DNA of 40,714 nt from Octopus sinensis (taxonomy: Eukaryota): the NCBI RefSeq assembly GCF_006345805.1, contig NW_021835371.1, positions 1 to 40,714 of the forward strand, read 5' to 3'. Shown here in pieces: positions 1-10,289 of the stretch. A program made the position numbers and the translations under genes. Every line of letters starts with the position of its first letter. Position 1 is the first letter of the stretch. The notes under the pieces are model-generated. The model saw nothing but the letters and a program-made list of their open reading frames with translations, was not told the origin of the DNA and did no database searches.

Positions 1-196
1 ATTTGGCTGCACCTGCGCAAATTTTAAGTAGACCAAATTTTAAAATTTCACTAAACTTTAAAATTTCCACAGATGCAGCCACTTTTCAATTTCTTTAGTT
101 TTTCTTCCAATACGCTAAATATGAAACCAATTTTTTTTTTAAATGAAGAAATTGAAAAGTGGCCGCCAATCAGAGATCCCAAAACATTCCATTTCA

Positions 197-305
197 CCTT
201 GCTTCAGTCCACTCAGCTGTAAATGAGTACCAGCAGTAGCTGAGAAGTTAACTCTGCTACAGACCGCGTCCCATCCAGGGGCTTATTGTAATCCCAGTTA
301 CTTAT
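197..305 (+). mobile_element. SINE family E central-domain fragment
   Basis: cagtccactcagctgtaaatgagtacc...cccatccagggg matches the fuller minus-strand copy at 38245-38470. Confidence 0.5.
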
Positions 306-705
306 AGTAATGATGGTGATGCAATCCTCCTGATGTAGGAGGACTTCTTGAGCCAATCGAGAAAACTCCGCAGATCCAAGATAGCCCTGAAAGCTAAGAC
401 CTAGCGCCTTCTCTAACTGTAGTTCACCGACATAGTATTTAAACTGGTCATATCAGGCCCAATGCATCTACCTGTTTTATATTCAAAATGGCCGCATCTG
501 GCCTCTCATACCTACCGTACAATGTCATTGTGAAAATAAACATTCACATCATCAAAATCTTGAAGCTACAAGATGATGCATGATCAATTCAAAACTGTGC
601 ACAAATAAGCGTTATATTCGACAGAATAATCTGAATGGCAAAGGGTTATATTAATAGTGGCCACATCCACTCTTGTCATTTTCGCTACTCTCACCAAATT
701 TCCAG

Positions 706-781
706 TAAATATACTTTGAGGACAACACTGCCCTTTTTTATAATGGAACTCGAAAAAGTCAGTGAGGGTTCTACTAAAGAG
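706..781 (+). CDS. Candidate 76-nt coding exon of an unknown host gene ((x)KYTLRTTLPFFIMELEKVSEGSTKE)
   Basis: Pyrimidine-rich acceptor ...ctctcaccaaatttccag| at 705; consensus donor GAG|GTAAGT at 781/782; only one frame is open; unique sequence; peptide not recognised. Confidence 0.35.
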
Positions 782-834
782 GTAAGTCTCTGTCATCACG
801 GCTTTCAGCCTCATCTACCATACAATTTCTTAAC

Positions 835-1006
835 CATAATCCTTCCTGTTATAGGCACAAAGCCTGAAATTTTTGGAGAAGGAGCCAGTCGATTAGATCA
901 ACCGCAGTGCGTAACTGGTACTTTAATTTATCGCCCTCGAAAGGATGAAAGGCAAAGTCGACCTCGGTGGAATTTGAGCTCAGAACACGAAGATAGATGA
1001 AATACT
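835..1006 (-). mobile_element. SINE family B body with B2-type tail (headless)
   Basis: Contains gtcgactttgcctttcatcc...gataaattaaagtaccagttacgcactgcggt core on the minus strand; begins exactly where the B1 copy at 1007-1238 ends. Confidence 0.75.
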
Positions 1007-1238
1007 TATTTCTTTACTAGCCACAAGGGGCTAAACACAGAGAGGACAAACAAAGACAGACAAACGGATTAAGTCGATTATATCGACTCCAGTGTGTAAC
1101 TGGTACTTATTTAATCGACCCCGAAAAAAATTAAAGGCAAAGTCGACCTCGGTGGAATTTGAATTCAGAACGTAGCGGCAGACGAAATACTGCTAAGCAT
1201 TTCACCTGGCGCGATAACGTTTCTGCCAGTTCGCCGAC
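1007..1238 (-). mobile_element. tRNA-derived SINE family B, long-tail subfamily B1
   Basis: Head ggcgaactggcagaaacgtta (A box) ... gttctgaattcaaattcc (B box), core, tail ...gtgtttagccccttgtggctagtaaagaaata; near-identical to 31582-31808 and 32682-32911. Confidence 0.85.
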
Positions 1239-1269
1239 TTATTAACGTTAACCTTTTAACAATAATAAT

Positions 1270-2105
1270 AGTTCTTTCCAATTTTGGCACAAGGCTAGTA
1301 ATTTTTAAGGGAATGATAGTCGATTATATTGACTCCAGTACGTGGCCGGTATATATTTTATCGACCCCGAAAATAGGAAAGGCAAAGTCGATCTCGGAGA
1401 AATTTGAACTCAGAATGTAAAGAGTCAAAAGGAGAGCTACTGAGGATTTTGTCCCGCTTGCTGACGAATCTGCCAGGTTGCCGCCTTAAAATTTTGGATA
1501 AAGGGGGTTAGTTGATTACATTGACCCCCAGTGCTCAACTGGTACTTATTTTATCTACTCACGAAAGGATGAGAGGCGAAGTCGAACTCGGCGGAGTTTG
1601 AACTCGGAATATGGAGCTCAAAACAACGGAGATGAAAATGGTGATGATGATAATAATGAGGATGATAACGATGATAATTGTTTTGATGATGATGATGGTT
1701 TCAAATTTTGCCACAAGGGCAGCAGTTTTGGGGGAGGAGTTGTGTCGATTACAATGATCCCAGTGTTCAACTGGTACTTATTTTATCGACCCCAAAGGTT
1801 GAAAGGTAAAGTCGATCTCGACGGAATTTGAACTCAGAACGTAACGACGAGCGTAATACCGCTAAGCACTTTGCCCGGCGTGCTAACGATCCTGCCAACA
1901 CGCCGACGGTATTTGAACTTGGATTACCGCTAAGCATTTCGTCCTGTGTGCTAACGATTCTGCCAACACGCCGCCATAAAATTTTGGTTAAAAGGGATTG
2001 GTTGATTACATTGACTCCAGTGCTCAACTGGTACTTATCTTATCTACCCCCGGAAGGATGAAAGGCTAAGTCGAACTCGGCAGAATTTGAACTCAGAATG
2101 CGAAT
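1270..2105 (-). mobile_element. Cluster of about five full or partial SINE B2 copies separated by (GAT/AAT)n tracts
   Basis: Repeated aaggcaaagtcgacctcggcggaatttgaactcagaac motif near 1380, 1575, 1805 and 2065; heads near 1487, 1900 and 1975. Confidence 0.8.
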
Positions 2106-2184
2106 TTCAAAGAAATGATAAAGATGAAAATGGTGATAATAATAATAATGAGGATGATAACGAAGATGACTGTGATGATGATGG

Positions 2185-2217
<33 letters not shown>

Positions 2218-2502
2218 CTTTTATTCGCCACAAGGGCATAGATGATGGGTACATCACAAGGACAGAGAACAATTTGTGAATAATAATAACGATGATAATA
2301 ATAATCGTTCACATAAGGAAAGGGGAGTTGATGGAATCGCAAGCCAGGAAATTAAGTCAAATCCATTCTCTGAAATCACAATCACAACTGAGAATTAATC
2401 AAGGAATCACCATTTTGCGATCAACTTTCTACAATTTTAGAAAAATGGAATTTATTTTCTGCTGTACAAATACTATTTTAAGGTGGTTTTATATTTTGTA
2501 TA

Positions 2503-2504
<2 letters not shown>

Positions 2505-2580
<76 letters not shown>

Positions 2581-2628
2581 CGTGTGTGTGTGTGTGTGCG
2601 TGCGTGTGTGTGTGTGTGTGTGTGTGTG
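2505..2628. repeat. (TG)n microsatellite
   Basis: Directly visible. Confidence 0.95.
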
Positions 2629-2939
2629 CTGTTCCTTCACCGCTGGCAGAATAGGAATAGCTAATAGCAACAAATAAGTCAATTGCAAATGGAGGGAGCA
2701 AAGCGCACACACACACACACACACATATGCAAATGGAAATTAAAAAAAAATATTATGGTTGCTGTAGTAGTGGTGATAATAATAAGTGTAGTGTGCTAGT
2801 AATAATATAATGCGCTCGTGGTCGCCATTTGTTAATTGGAACAAAAGGTTTTTTCAGAAAACGGGTAAAACCCGCCTCCACATTTTCTCTCGGCAAACGT
2901 GGGCAGCTTTGGTCTAGAAGGAATAGGTTCTTGAGTGCT

Positions 2940-3075
2940 TGTGTGTGTGTCTGTGTGTCTGTGTGTGTGTGTGTGTGTCTTTGTGTGTGTGTCTTTATGT
3001 GTGTCTTTGTGTGTGTGTCTTTGTGTGTGTGTGTGTATGTCTTTGTGTGTGTGTATGTCTTTGTGTGTGTGTCTT

Positions 3076-3130
<55 letters not shown>

Positions 3131-3160
3131 AGAGAGCGAGTGAAAGAGAGAGAGAGAAGA
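2940..3160. repeat. Compound (TG)n/(GA)n microsatellite
   Basis: Directly visible. Confidence 0.95.
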
Positions 3161-3451
3161 ACCAACGTTTGCCCCTTCTGCCTCGTCCATGTTTACAATC
3201 TAGATTTCGAGCTGAAATAAATATCGTTTGAATGAAAATGCTCTTTCATTCTGTTCACCAACGATATTCATTGGACGGTGCCCAACTGGAGCACCGACAT
3301 CATTTTTGGAACGCGGGCGTAGCTGATGGGTTAATCACGATTATGGTTCAGAAGCTCCTTTTACGACAATATGGTTTCGAGTTCAGTCCCACCATGCAGT
3401 TCCTTCTATGTTTTGGATTTTCTTGTGATTGAATTTATCAGGCGGAAATGT

Positions 3452-3523
<72 letters not shown>

Positions 3524-3524
3524 T
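3452..3524. repeat. (GATA)n microsatellite
   Basis: Directly visible; resumes at 3683-3700 beyond the insert. Confidence 0.95.
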
Positions 3525-3682
3525 GTTTCTTTATTAGCCACACAGGGCTGCACATAGACAGGACAAATTACAAGGTAGAGCTTTTCTTTTGGGGGTAAAA
3601 AAAGGGGATTTGGTTTTCGATCAAAAGGGATCGTAAAAGGAAAGAAAGAGGACAAAAAAGGGGGATAAATTTTTTTAAAAAA
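3525..3682 (-). mobile_element. 3' terminal (T-rich UTR) fragment of a LINE-like element, possibly L1/Tx1 clade
   Basis: Minus strand ends ...gctctaccttgtaatttgtcctgtctatgtgcagccctgtgtggctaataaagaaac with AATAAA; second copy at 17326-17540; clade assignment is inference. Confidence 0.6.
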
Positions 3683-3784
3683 TAGATAGATAGATAGACA
3701 GAAGTGTGCGTAAGTAAATGTGTTTGTGTGCATGTGTTTGTCCCTCCACATCGCTTGACAACCAATCTTGCTCTGTTTACATCC

Positions 3785-3930
3785 CTTTAACTTAGCGGTT
3801 CAACTAAAGAAACCGGTAGAATAAGTATCACACTTCGAAAAAAAAAAGCATCGGGGTCAATTTGTTTGACTAAAGTGTGTGCCTCCAACATGGCGGCAAT
3901 CTAATGAGTGAAGCAAATAAAATAGAAAAG
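3785..3930 (+). mobile_element. Degenerate 3' half of SINE family A
   Basis: aacttagcggtt...tagaataagta...ggggtcaatttgtttgactaaa...ccaacatggcggcaatc aligns by eye to the A consensus. Confidence 0.6.
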
Positions 3931-4107
3931 ATGTTGGCCCCAGTAATTATTTCGGCTTTGACGCCTCATTTATTGATCCCCCGTTGATTTCTCAAGTCGC
4001 TAAGTTACCCTTTTAGAATAAAGAAGTGTGACTCGACATAGCGCAAACACAAAGAAAACCCGAAACATCGAATAGAGTTTGATATAAAGACGATGATTCA
4101 ATCACTA

Positions 4108-4139
<32 letters not shown>

Positions 4140-4144
4140 TAGCA

Positions 4145-4612
4145 AAGGACGAATTACCGCTAAGCATTTTTTAGCGTGTTAACAATTCTGCCAGCTCGCC
4201 ACCTTAATAATGATGATGATGATGATGATGAGGAGGAGGAGGAGGAGGAGGAGGAGGAGGATAATCCTTTCTACAATAGGCGCAAAGTCTGGATCTTTGT
4301 AGGGACAATCGATTACATCGACCGCAGTGTTTCACTAGTACTTAATTTATGGACCTCGAAAAGATGAAAGGCAATATTCGACCTCGGCGGAATTTGAACT
4401 CAAAACGTAAGAAGGGACGAAATGCCGCTAAGCATTTTGCCCGGCGTGCTAACGATTCTGCCGGATCGCCGCCTTAAATAATAACAATCCTTTCTATTAT
4501 AGGCACAAGGCCTGAAATTTGGAGAAGGAGATAGTCGATTACATCGACCCCATTACTCAGCTGGTGCTTATTTTATCGACCCCAAAAAGGATGAAAGGCA
4601 AAGTCGACCTCA
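4145..4612 (-). mobile_element. Head-to-tail SINE B2 array (partial, full and head-only copies)
   Basis: Copies at about 4487-4612 and 4262-4477 plus a head at 4145-4205, joined by (GAT/GAG/AAT)n linkers. Confidence 0.8.
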
Positions 4613-5399
4613 GATTTAACAATAATCATGATGATGGTATGTGTGTGTGTGTGTGTGTATGTGTGTGTGTGTGTGTGTGTATGTGTGTGTGTGTGTGTGT
4701 GCGTGCGTGTTTGTGTTCGTATATGTGTGTCATAAAGAGAAACAGAGAGGGAGAGAGAATTTTTAAAATTAATATGGCAGTTTAGGGTTATTGTAAAATA
4801 AAGATGAAATAAGAATAAAAATGAAAGAAGCTAAAGGAATGGATTACGAACGTTAAGAAAGTTAGGGATAATGAAGAAGCAGAAAGTGAATAAAAACAGG
4901 AAATTGAAAAGAGAAGAATGGCATAAAAGAGTTAAATATTCAAGAAAAAGGGATATTGAAGCTTTATGAAAGGACCATAGTATAAAAATATTAGTCAATG
5001 ACAGAAGCATAAAATGTAATTATTAATAGGTAAGAATATGTAAAGAAAGAAAATGGAGAAGGTAAACATAGGCTTACAACAAAGCAAATTGTCTAAAAAT
5101 CAATAAAGTAGGATATCGATAAAATGGGAGGTAAAATAAAATAATCCCTTACAAAATCAAAAAGATGGCGGTTAGATGAAAGATGATCGGGGTAAGGTTT
5201 TTCTTTTCTTTGAATCTATCCATGTTTTTTGAAATATTGCTTGTTGCAACCTGAACATTACTGACGTAAAATTGCCTTATATGGAGTTTTTCTTTTCTCT
5301 TCTTTTATTTATCTTATTTTCAGTAGCTCCACCTTAGAATTTCCCATCTACAAATGCTTCTTTCACAGCTCTATGTTTTATGTATTCTATTATTATTCA

Positions 5400-5797
5400 C
5401 TAGCAGTATCGCCCGGCGTTGCTCGGGTTTGTAAGGGAAATAACTATATAAGCATTTTTAGAGATGTAAAGTATAATAGCCTTCTCAATATGGCTAACCA
5501 CAAAAGGGGGCGATGTTACTGTAGCTTTTTACGTTCTGAGATTTAATAATAGATTTTTAGAGAGTTACTTCCCTTATATATGCCAAAAATGCATTAAAAA
5601 TGGGAAAAAATGATGGTAAATTATTTTTTAAATCGTAGACTCATCGTAGACGCGCACTAATACCCAGAAGGGCTCGATATGAATCACGACTATAAGATAC
5701 CCGGTTTTGGTTAAACTGCATCGCAAAATGTGGGAGTAGTTAGGAATCTAAATCGTAGGAGACAGACAGCACACAACCTTACTTTTATATATAAAGA
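5400..5797 (-). mobile_element. Non-autonomous Helitron (copy 1 of 3)
   Basis: On the minus strand: 5'-TC start, 3'-CTAG end, inserted between A and T; GC hairpin CCCGAGCAACGCCGGG about 12 nt before the 3' end. Confidence 0.85.
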
Positions 5798-5863
5798 TAT
5801 TCTAACGTTTTCTGGGCGCAATCGCGAGATCGAAAATACACTACACTATGAAATGAAATTAGT

Positions 5864-6165
5864 GGAGGCACATGGCCTAGTGGTTAGAGCAGCGGACTCG
5901 CGGTCGAGGGATCGCGGGTTCGAATCTCAGACCGAGCGATGTGTGTGCTTATGAGCGAAACACCTAAGCTCCACGCGGCTCCGGCAGAAGGTAATGGCGA
6001 ACTTCTGCTGACTCTTTTGCCACAACTTCCTCTCACTCTTTCCTCCTGCATCTTGCAGCTCACATGCGACGGACCGGCGTCCCGTCCAGGTGGGGAACCT
6101 ATACGCCAAGGAAACCGGGAAAATGACCCTTATGAGCCATGCGTAGCTCGAGAAGGAAGAAACAA
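5864..6165 (+). mobile_element. tRNA(Arg)-like SINE family C1 (possibly one of the described octopus OR-type SINEs)
   Basis: A box tggcctagtgg, B box ggttcgaatct; perfect 17-bp TSD tatgaaatgaaattagt (5847-5863 / 6166-6182); the OR assignment is from memory and unverified. Confidence 0.9.
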
Positions 6166-6496
6166 TATGAAATGAAATTAGTCAAGTAATAATTATAAGT
6201 ATTAATAAGTATTAATTCTTGTAGTTATGGCATCTTAAGTCGTTTCAGAGATGGCAGCCAACTAATGTTCCTACAAATTCTTTCGATAGGTGTGTGTGTG
6301 TGTATATGTGTACACATACGTATACACTCTATAACATCCTGTGTTAGCATTGTATGTGTGAGTGTGTGTGCGCGCGTGGATGTAGAGAAATACAGGCATA
6401 TCAAATTCCATACAACAGAAAGTCTTCATTTATTAAAATTACCTCCGCCTCTAGATGATGTAACACAATTACCAAATGGCAAGTGAGATCAGCTAC

Positions 6497-6540
<44 letters not shown>

Positions 6541-6548
6541 ATTATATA

Positions 6549-6706
6549 TGCGCATGGTGGTAAAAACCTTACTTCCCAACCACATGGCTCCGGGATCAAT
6601 CCCACTGCGTGTCACCTAGAGCAAGTGTTTTCTACTGTGGCCTCGGGCCAATCAAAGCCTTATGACTGGATTTGGCATACGGAAACTGGAAGAAGCCCTT
6701 CGTATG

Positions 6707-6749
<43 letters not shown>

Positions 6750-6944
6750 GCCCCACCACCGCTCGAGAACTGATGTTGATGTTTTTACGTCCTCGTACTT
6801 AGCGGTTTGGCAAAATGGACCAATAGAATAAGTACCAGATTTTTAAAAAATAAGTACTGTGCTCGATTCAATCAACTAAATATTCTCCAAGGCATTGCCC
6901 CAGCATGATCGCACTCAAATGACTAAAACAAATAAAAGATAAAA
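6549..6944 (+). mobile_element. SINE family A, diverged variant with internal (TG)n
   Basis: cccaaccacatgg...cccactgcgtg head, ggaaactggaagaagcc, internal microsatellite, tagaataagtac core, ccccagcatg tail. Confidence 0.75.
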
Positions 6945-7165
6945 TATATATATATTAAATCAGATCGAAGCAAAATAGATAAGACCCTGCTTCCGTATGT
7001 CGTTAAGGTATTTTGGCAATGTATCACCTGAAAATATTCGGAGGTGTATTACCTGGAGAAATGGTACTTTGTAAAAATACGAACTTGCATAATATTACGT
7101 ATCAAGTCATACAATTGTATTCGTGTTTTCAGTAATTATAGTATGAAAACATATAAGGTTTTATT

Positions 7166-7169
<4 letters not shown>

Positions 7170-7220
<51 letters not shown>

Positions 7221-7252
7221 AGTATTATTATTATTAGTAGTAGTAGTAGTAT

Positions 7253-7295
<43 letters not shown>
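7170..7295. repeat. (TA)n followed by (TAT/TAG)n at the 3' flank of the Dong/R4 fragment
   Basis: Directly visible. Confidence 0.95.
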
Positions 7296-8455
7296 TTCAT
7301 ATATGCTCAACAGATTAGACTGTTGGATAAGAAAAGAATCCTGACATTGGGCTACGAGTAGTCTTACATGCTAAGAACCCTCCTAAGTATCCTAGCTGTC
7401 CCTAATAACACTGTTTTCTGCAACTGTACTAAACTGAGTTTTGTGCCTATTTCCTCTATCCATCTGTTCAGATCCTTAGGGATAGTTCCCAATGCACCTA
7501 TAACTGCTGGGATACTTGTTACCCGCACTTTCCATAGACTCTGTAATTGAAAAGCTAGGTCCTAGTGCTTTGCTATTTTTTCTCTACTTCTTATATCAAC
7601 ATCTTCAGAATTTGGGACTGTAAAGTCAATCACCGGGCACTTTCTATTCCCTTTATCTACTACTAGCAACTCAAGCCTTCTAACTTCTATTGCTCTGTCA
7701 GTCTGAATGTTAGAGTCCCACAACATCTTGTATTTCTTACTTTCTAGTACTTTACTAGGTTCATGTTCATATCATTTATCAGTATGTTCAAATCCTAGCT
7801 TTCTGCATAGCTCCCAGTGGATTGCCCTCCCTATGTTGTCTTGACTTTTCTTGTATTCTCTCTGTGGCAGCATGATGCATTCACTTACTATATGAGTAAC
7901 GCTTTCCTCGTTTGACTTACATAACCTACATTGGGAATCTACTTGATGTTTGTCTATCTTGGTTTTTATCCAATTAGTCCTTAATGCTTAATTTTGTGCA
8001 GCTACTAACAAACTTTCTGTCTCCCTCTTCGGCTTTCCTTTCTGCAACCATAACCATGTCTCACTACTTATTGTTTGCTGCAACAATCTTTGGGAATCTG
8101 CCATGCAACGTTTTCTCCTGCCAGTCAGATAATTTCTAGATCTTTTTTTTTTTTTTTGGTTTTCAACTTCGTTTGGGTTTTTGGTTTTCCTGTCTTGCTG
8201 TGACTCTAGCAGCTTTTAATAAACTTTCTTCACCATTACCTACATAGGAGTCTATATCTACTCTAGCTATCTCCACGCAGTTTTCTACTGATGTTAACCC
8301 TCTTCCGCCTTCCTTTCTAAGAAGGTGTAATCTTGCTACTCCTGCCCTTGGGTGGAGTCCTCCATCTATATTGCATTCCCGCCTAGCTTTCCCTGCTTAG
8401 CTTTGCTGATTTAGATTTTGTCCAATCTACAAAAGCTGCTGAGTATCTAAGTAAT
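7296..8455 (-). mobile_element. 5'-truncated, decayed RLE-type non-LTR retrotransposon (Dong/R4-like): RT C-terminus, CCHC knuckle, restriction-like endonuclease
   Basis: Manual minus-strand translation gives ...CRLCKSNEESVTHIVSEC...IHWELC...K*YEHEP...LWDSNIQTDR...LLVVDK...KCPVIDF...DLAFQLQSLW...IGALGTIP...LQKTVLLGTARILRRVLSM* (stop at 7364-7366), with in-frame stops. Confidence 0.85.
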
Positions 8456-8684
8456 GGTCAGGCCTTCTATGGCTCATGTTGTGGGTTTTGTTCATTTTGT
8501 TGTGTGTTTAAAGTATGAATTTATTCATGTTTCTTTTTGGAGGGATGTTGCATAGTAGTGTGTGTATACTATTTTATAGTATTTATATTTATCCGTCCGT
8601 TGTTCTTTCGCTTTTGTTTGATTTTGTTATGGGTTCCGTTAATTATTATTATTAATATCATCATTATTATTATTATTATTATTA

Positions 8685-8726
<42 letters not shown>

Positions 8727-9064
8727 CATCATCTTCTTTCAATTCTGTTTCCTTTTTTTTTTTCCTTTTCTGGCACCTTGGCCAGAGAAATGCTCCGTAT
8801 ACAGGCCATTAAAATAAACACACCAGGTTGTTCATTTACAAAGTAACGTGACAGAAAAAAAGGGGAAGAAAGAGAAAAGGGAAAAAAATAAAAATATAAA
8901 AGTAAACAAAGAAAATAAAGGGCAAAAAAGGAAAGAAATTTCAGTGACAATGCTCTTCTCGATAGGTGTGACGTACCAGCTATGACAATCTTTTGCACTT
9001 CCTCTATGGATGATTACCCAGGGATCATTCTTCAATAATTTTCAGTTCCTTTTTTGATCATTCC

Positions 9065-9151
9065 AGTTTGATCATTCGAGTTTCATGACACTGCGATCTT
9101 CAGGTTCCTGCTTGAAGATCGCAGTAGGTGAAACTCATCGTGGTGCAAACT
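9065..9151 (+). ncRNA. Candidate pri-miRNA-like hairpin
   Basis: Stem segments agtttg/caaact, atcat/gtggt (G-U), gagtttca/tgaaactc and actgcgatcttca/tgaagatcgcagt, about 37 bp in total with a small loop; no expression evidence. Confidence 0.45.
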
Positions 9152-9310
9152 CTCAGTTTTAGTACCAATAGAAAAAACCATCGTCTACAATATATATTGA
9201 GTACTCCTTTTCAATTTGTCTGACATAAACCAATGTACGAATTATATATAATCCTAGGTGTATACTAATGTGTGTGCGCGTACACGCACACACACACACA
9301 CACACACACA

Positions 9311-9495
9311 CGAAGGAGGGGTGCTGAAAACTTCCTAGCTTTAAGGGTATCACGAGAGGTCTGGATGGAGGCCCAACCTTCCGTGTTCTGTTACAGAGCT
9401 TAGAAAAACTGAAGGGCCGCTGCAATATGTGTATGAATCTGAGAGAGGAATAAGTTGAATAAAATCATAATTAATTGATCTTCTATTTTCTTTAT

Positions 9496-9497
<2 letters not shown>
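9311..9497 (+). mobile_element. Internally deleted mariner remnant
   Basis: TIR-like gaggggtgctgaaaacttcctagcttt plus degenerate transposase end LEKLKGR(C)N(M)C(M)NLR(E)E*VE*, similar to the mariner ...RW.KC....G.YVE* terminus. Confidence 0.6.
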
Positions 9498-9541
<44 letters not shown>

Positions 9542-9794
9542 TGTGTGTGTGTGCGTGAACTATCTCGAGCATTTTATTGTTCTTATGCGTTTGAGTTTTT
9601 TGGTTTTTCTGTTGAAAATGAAACTCGTGTCGTGAGACATTCTCATTTTAGATTTTAAAAAAAACATCGTATCTTCCTCTACATGTATTGAGAACTCCTC
9701 TCCCATTCGTCCGACATAGCTCAATGCTCGTATATATATATGTGTATGTGCGTATGTGTGGTAATATATACCATTAACACGTCACAGTTTTCAA

Positions 9795-9832
9795 CTTATT
9801 CATTTTACTTTTTCTTTCTTTTTCAGGTAAGT
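9795..9832 (+). promoter_or_regulatory. Candidate recursive splice site (zero-length exon, 3'SS-5'SS AG|GT)
   Basis: CTTAT branch-like motif 9795-9799, tract ttttactttttctttcttttt, CAG 9824-9826, immediately followed by GTAAGT 9827-9832. Confidence 0.6.
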
Positions 9833-10289
9833 ACTTTCCTACATGAACGATATTGATTTTCAAAGTTCGGATCTTGGTCTGTACAATACTGTTTCTTTTT
9901 TTTCTTTTCTGCTTTCAACTTTCTTTTATACATATTTCCGCTTGTAAATTCTTTAACTTGTTTATATATCTGTACATGAAACAGTCTGTGTATATTCGCG
10001 GAGTTTGTGTGTGTGCGTGAAACCGTTGATATGTTTTATATTTATTTGATTTATAAAAATCTCCTCTATTGGAATATGGATAATTTTTTTTAAAGTTATA
10101 TGCAGAATATTAGAAAATTCTTGAATATTTTCACCGTTCCACTTACAGTTTTTATTTTCAGAATATTTAGATCTTTTAAGAGATTGTTTATATATATCAT
10201 TGCCAGAAAATCTCGACAATTCGTGTAAATGTAAACTGACTCAAAGTATACTTGAAATATTTGCTTCCGGTAAACATCTTTTAACATTA

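Noticed and set aside
835-4612. Regularly recurring ~35-bp motif that could mimic a CRISPR array
   Set aside because: It is the SINE B body; spacers are homologous or microsatellite, spacing is irregular, and the context is eukaryotic.
5864-5940. tRNA-like cloverleaf heads (also at 14221, 28424, 36778 and the B heads)
   Set aside because: Each continues into a SINE body and tail, often with TSDs, so these are tRNA-derived SINEs rather than tRNA genes.
7024-7062. Two minus-strand AG|GT juxtapositions (ttttcag|gtgata, ttctccag|gtaata)
   Set aside because: Short or weak pyrimidine tracts and non-consensus donors; they look like a locally duplicated motif.
9105-9116. cctgcttgaa resemblance to the miR-67/307 family
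   Set aside because: Lacks the UCACAACC seed and sits across the loop; coincidental.
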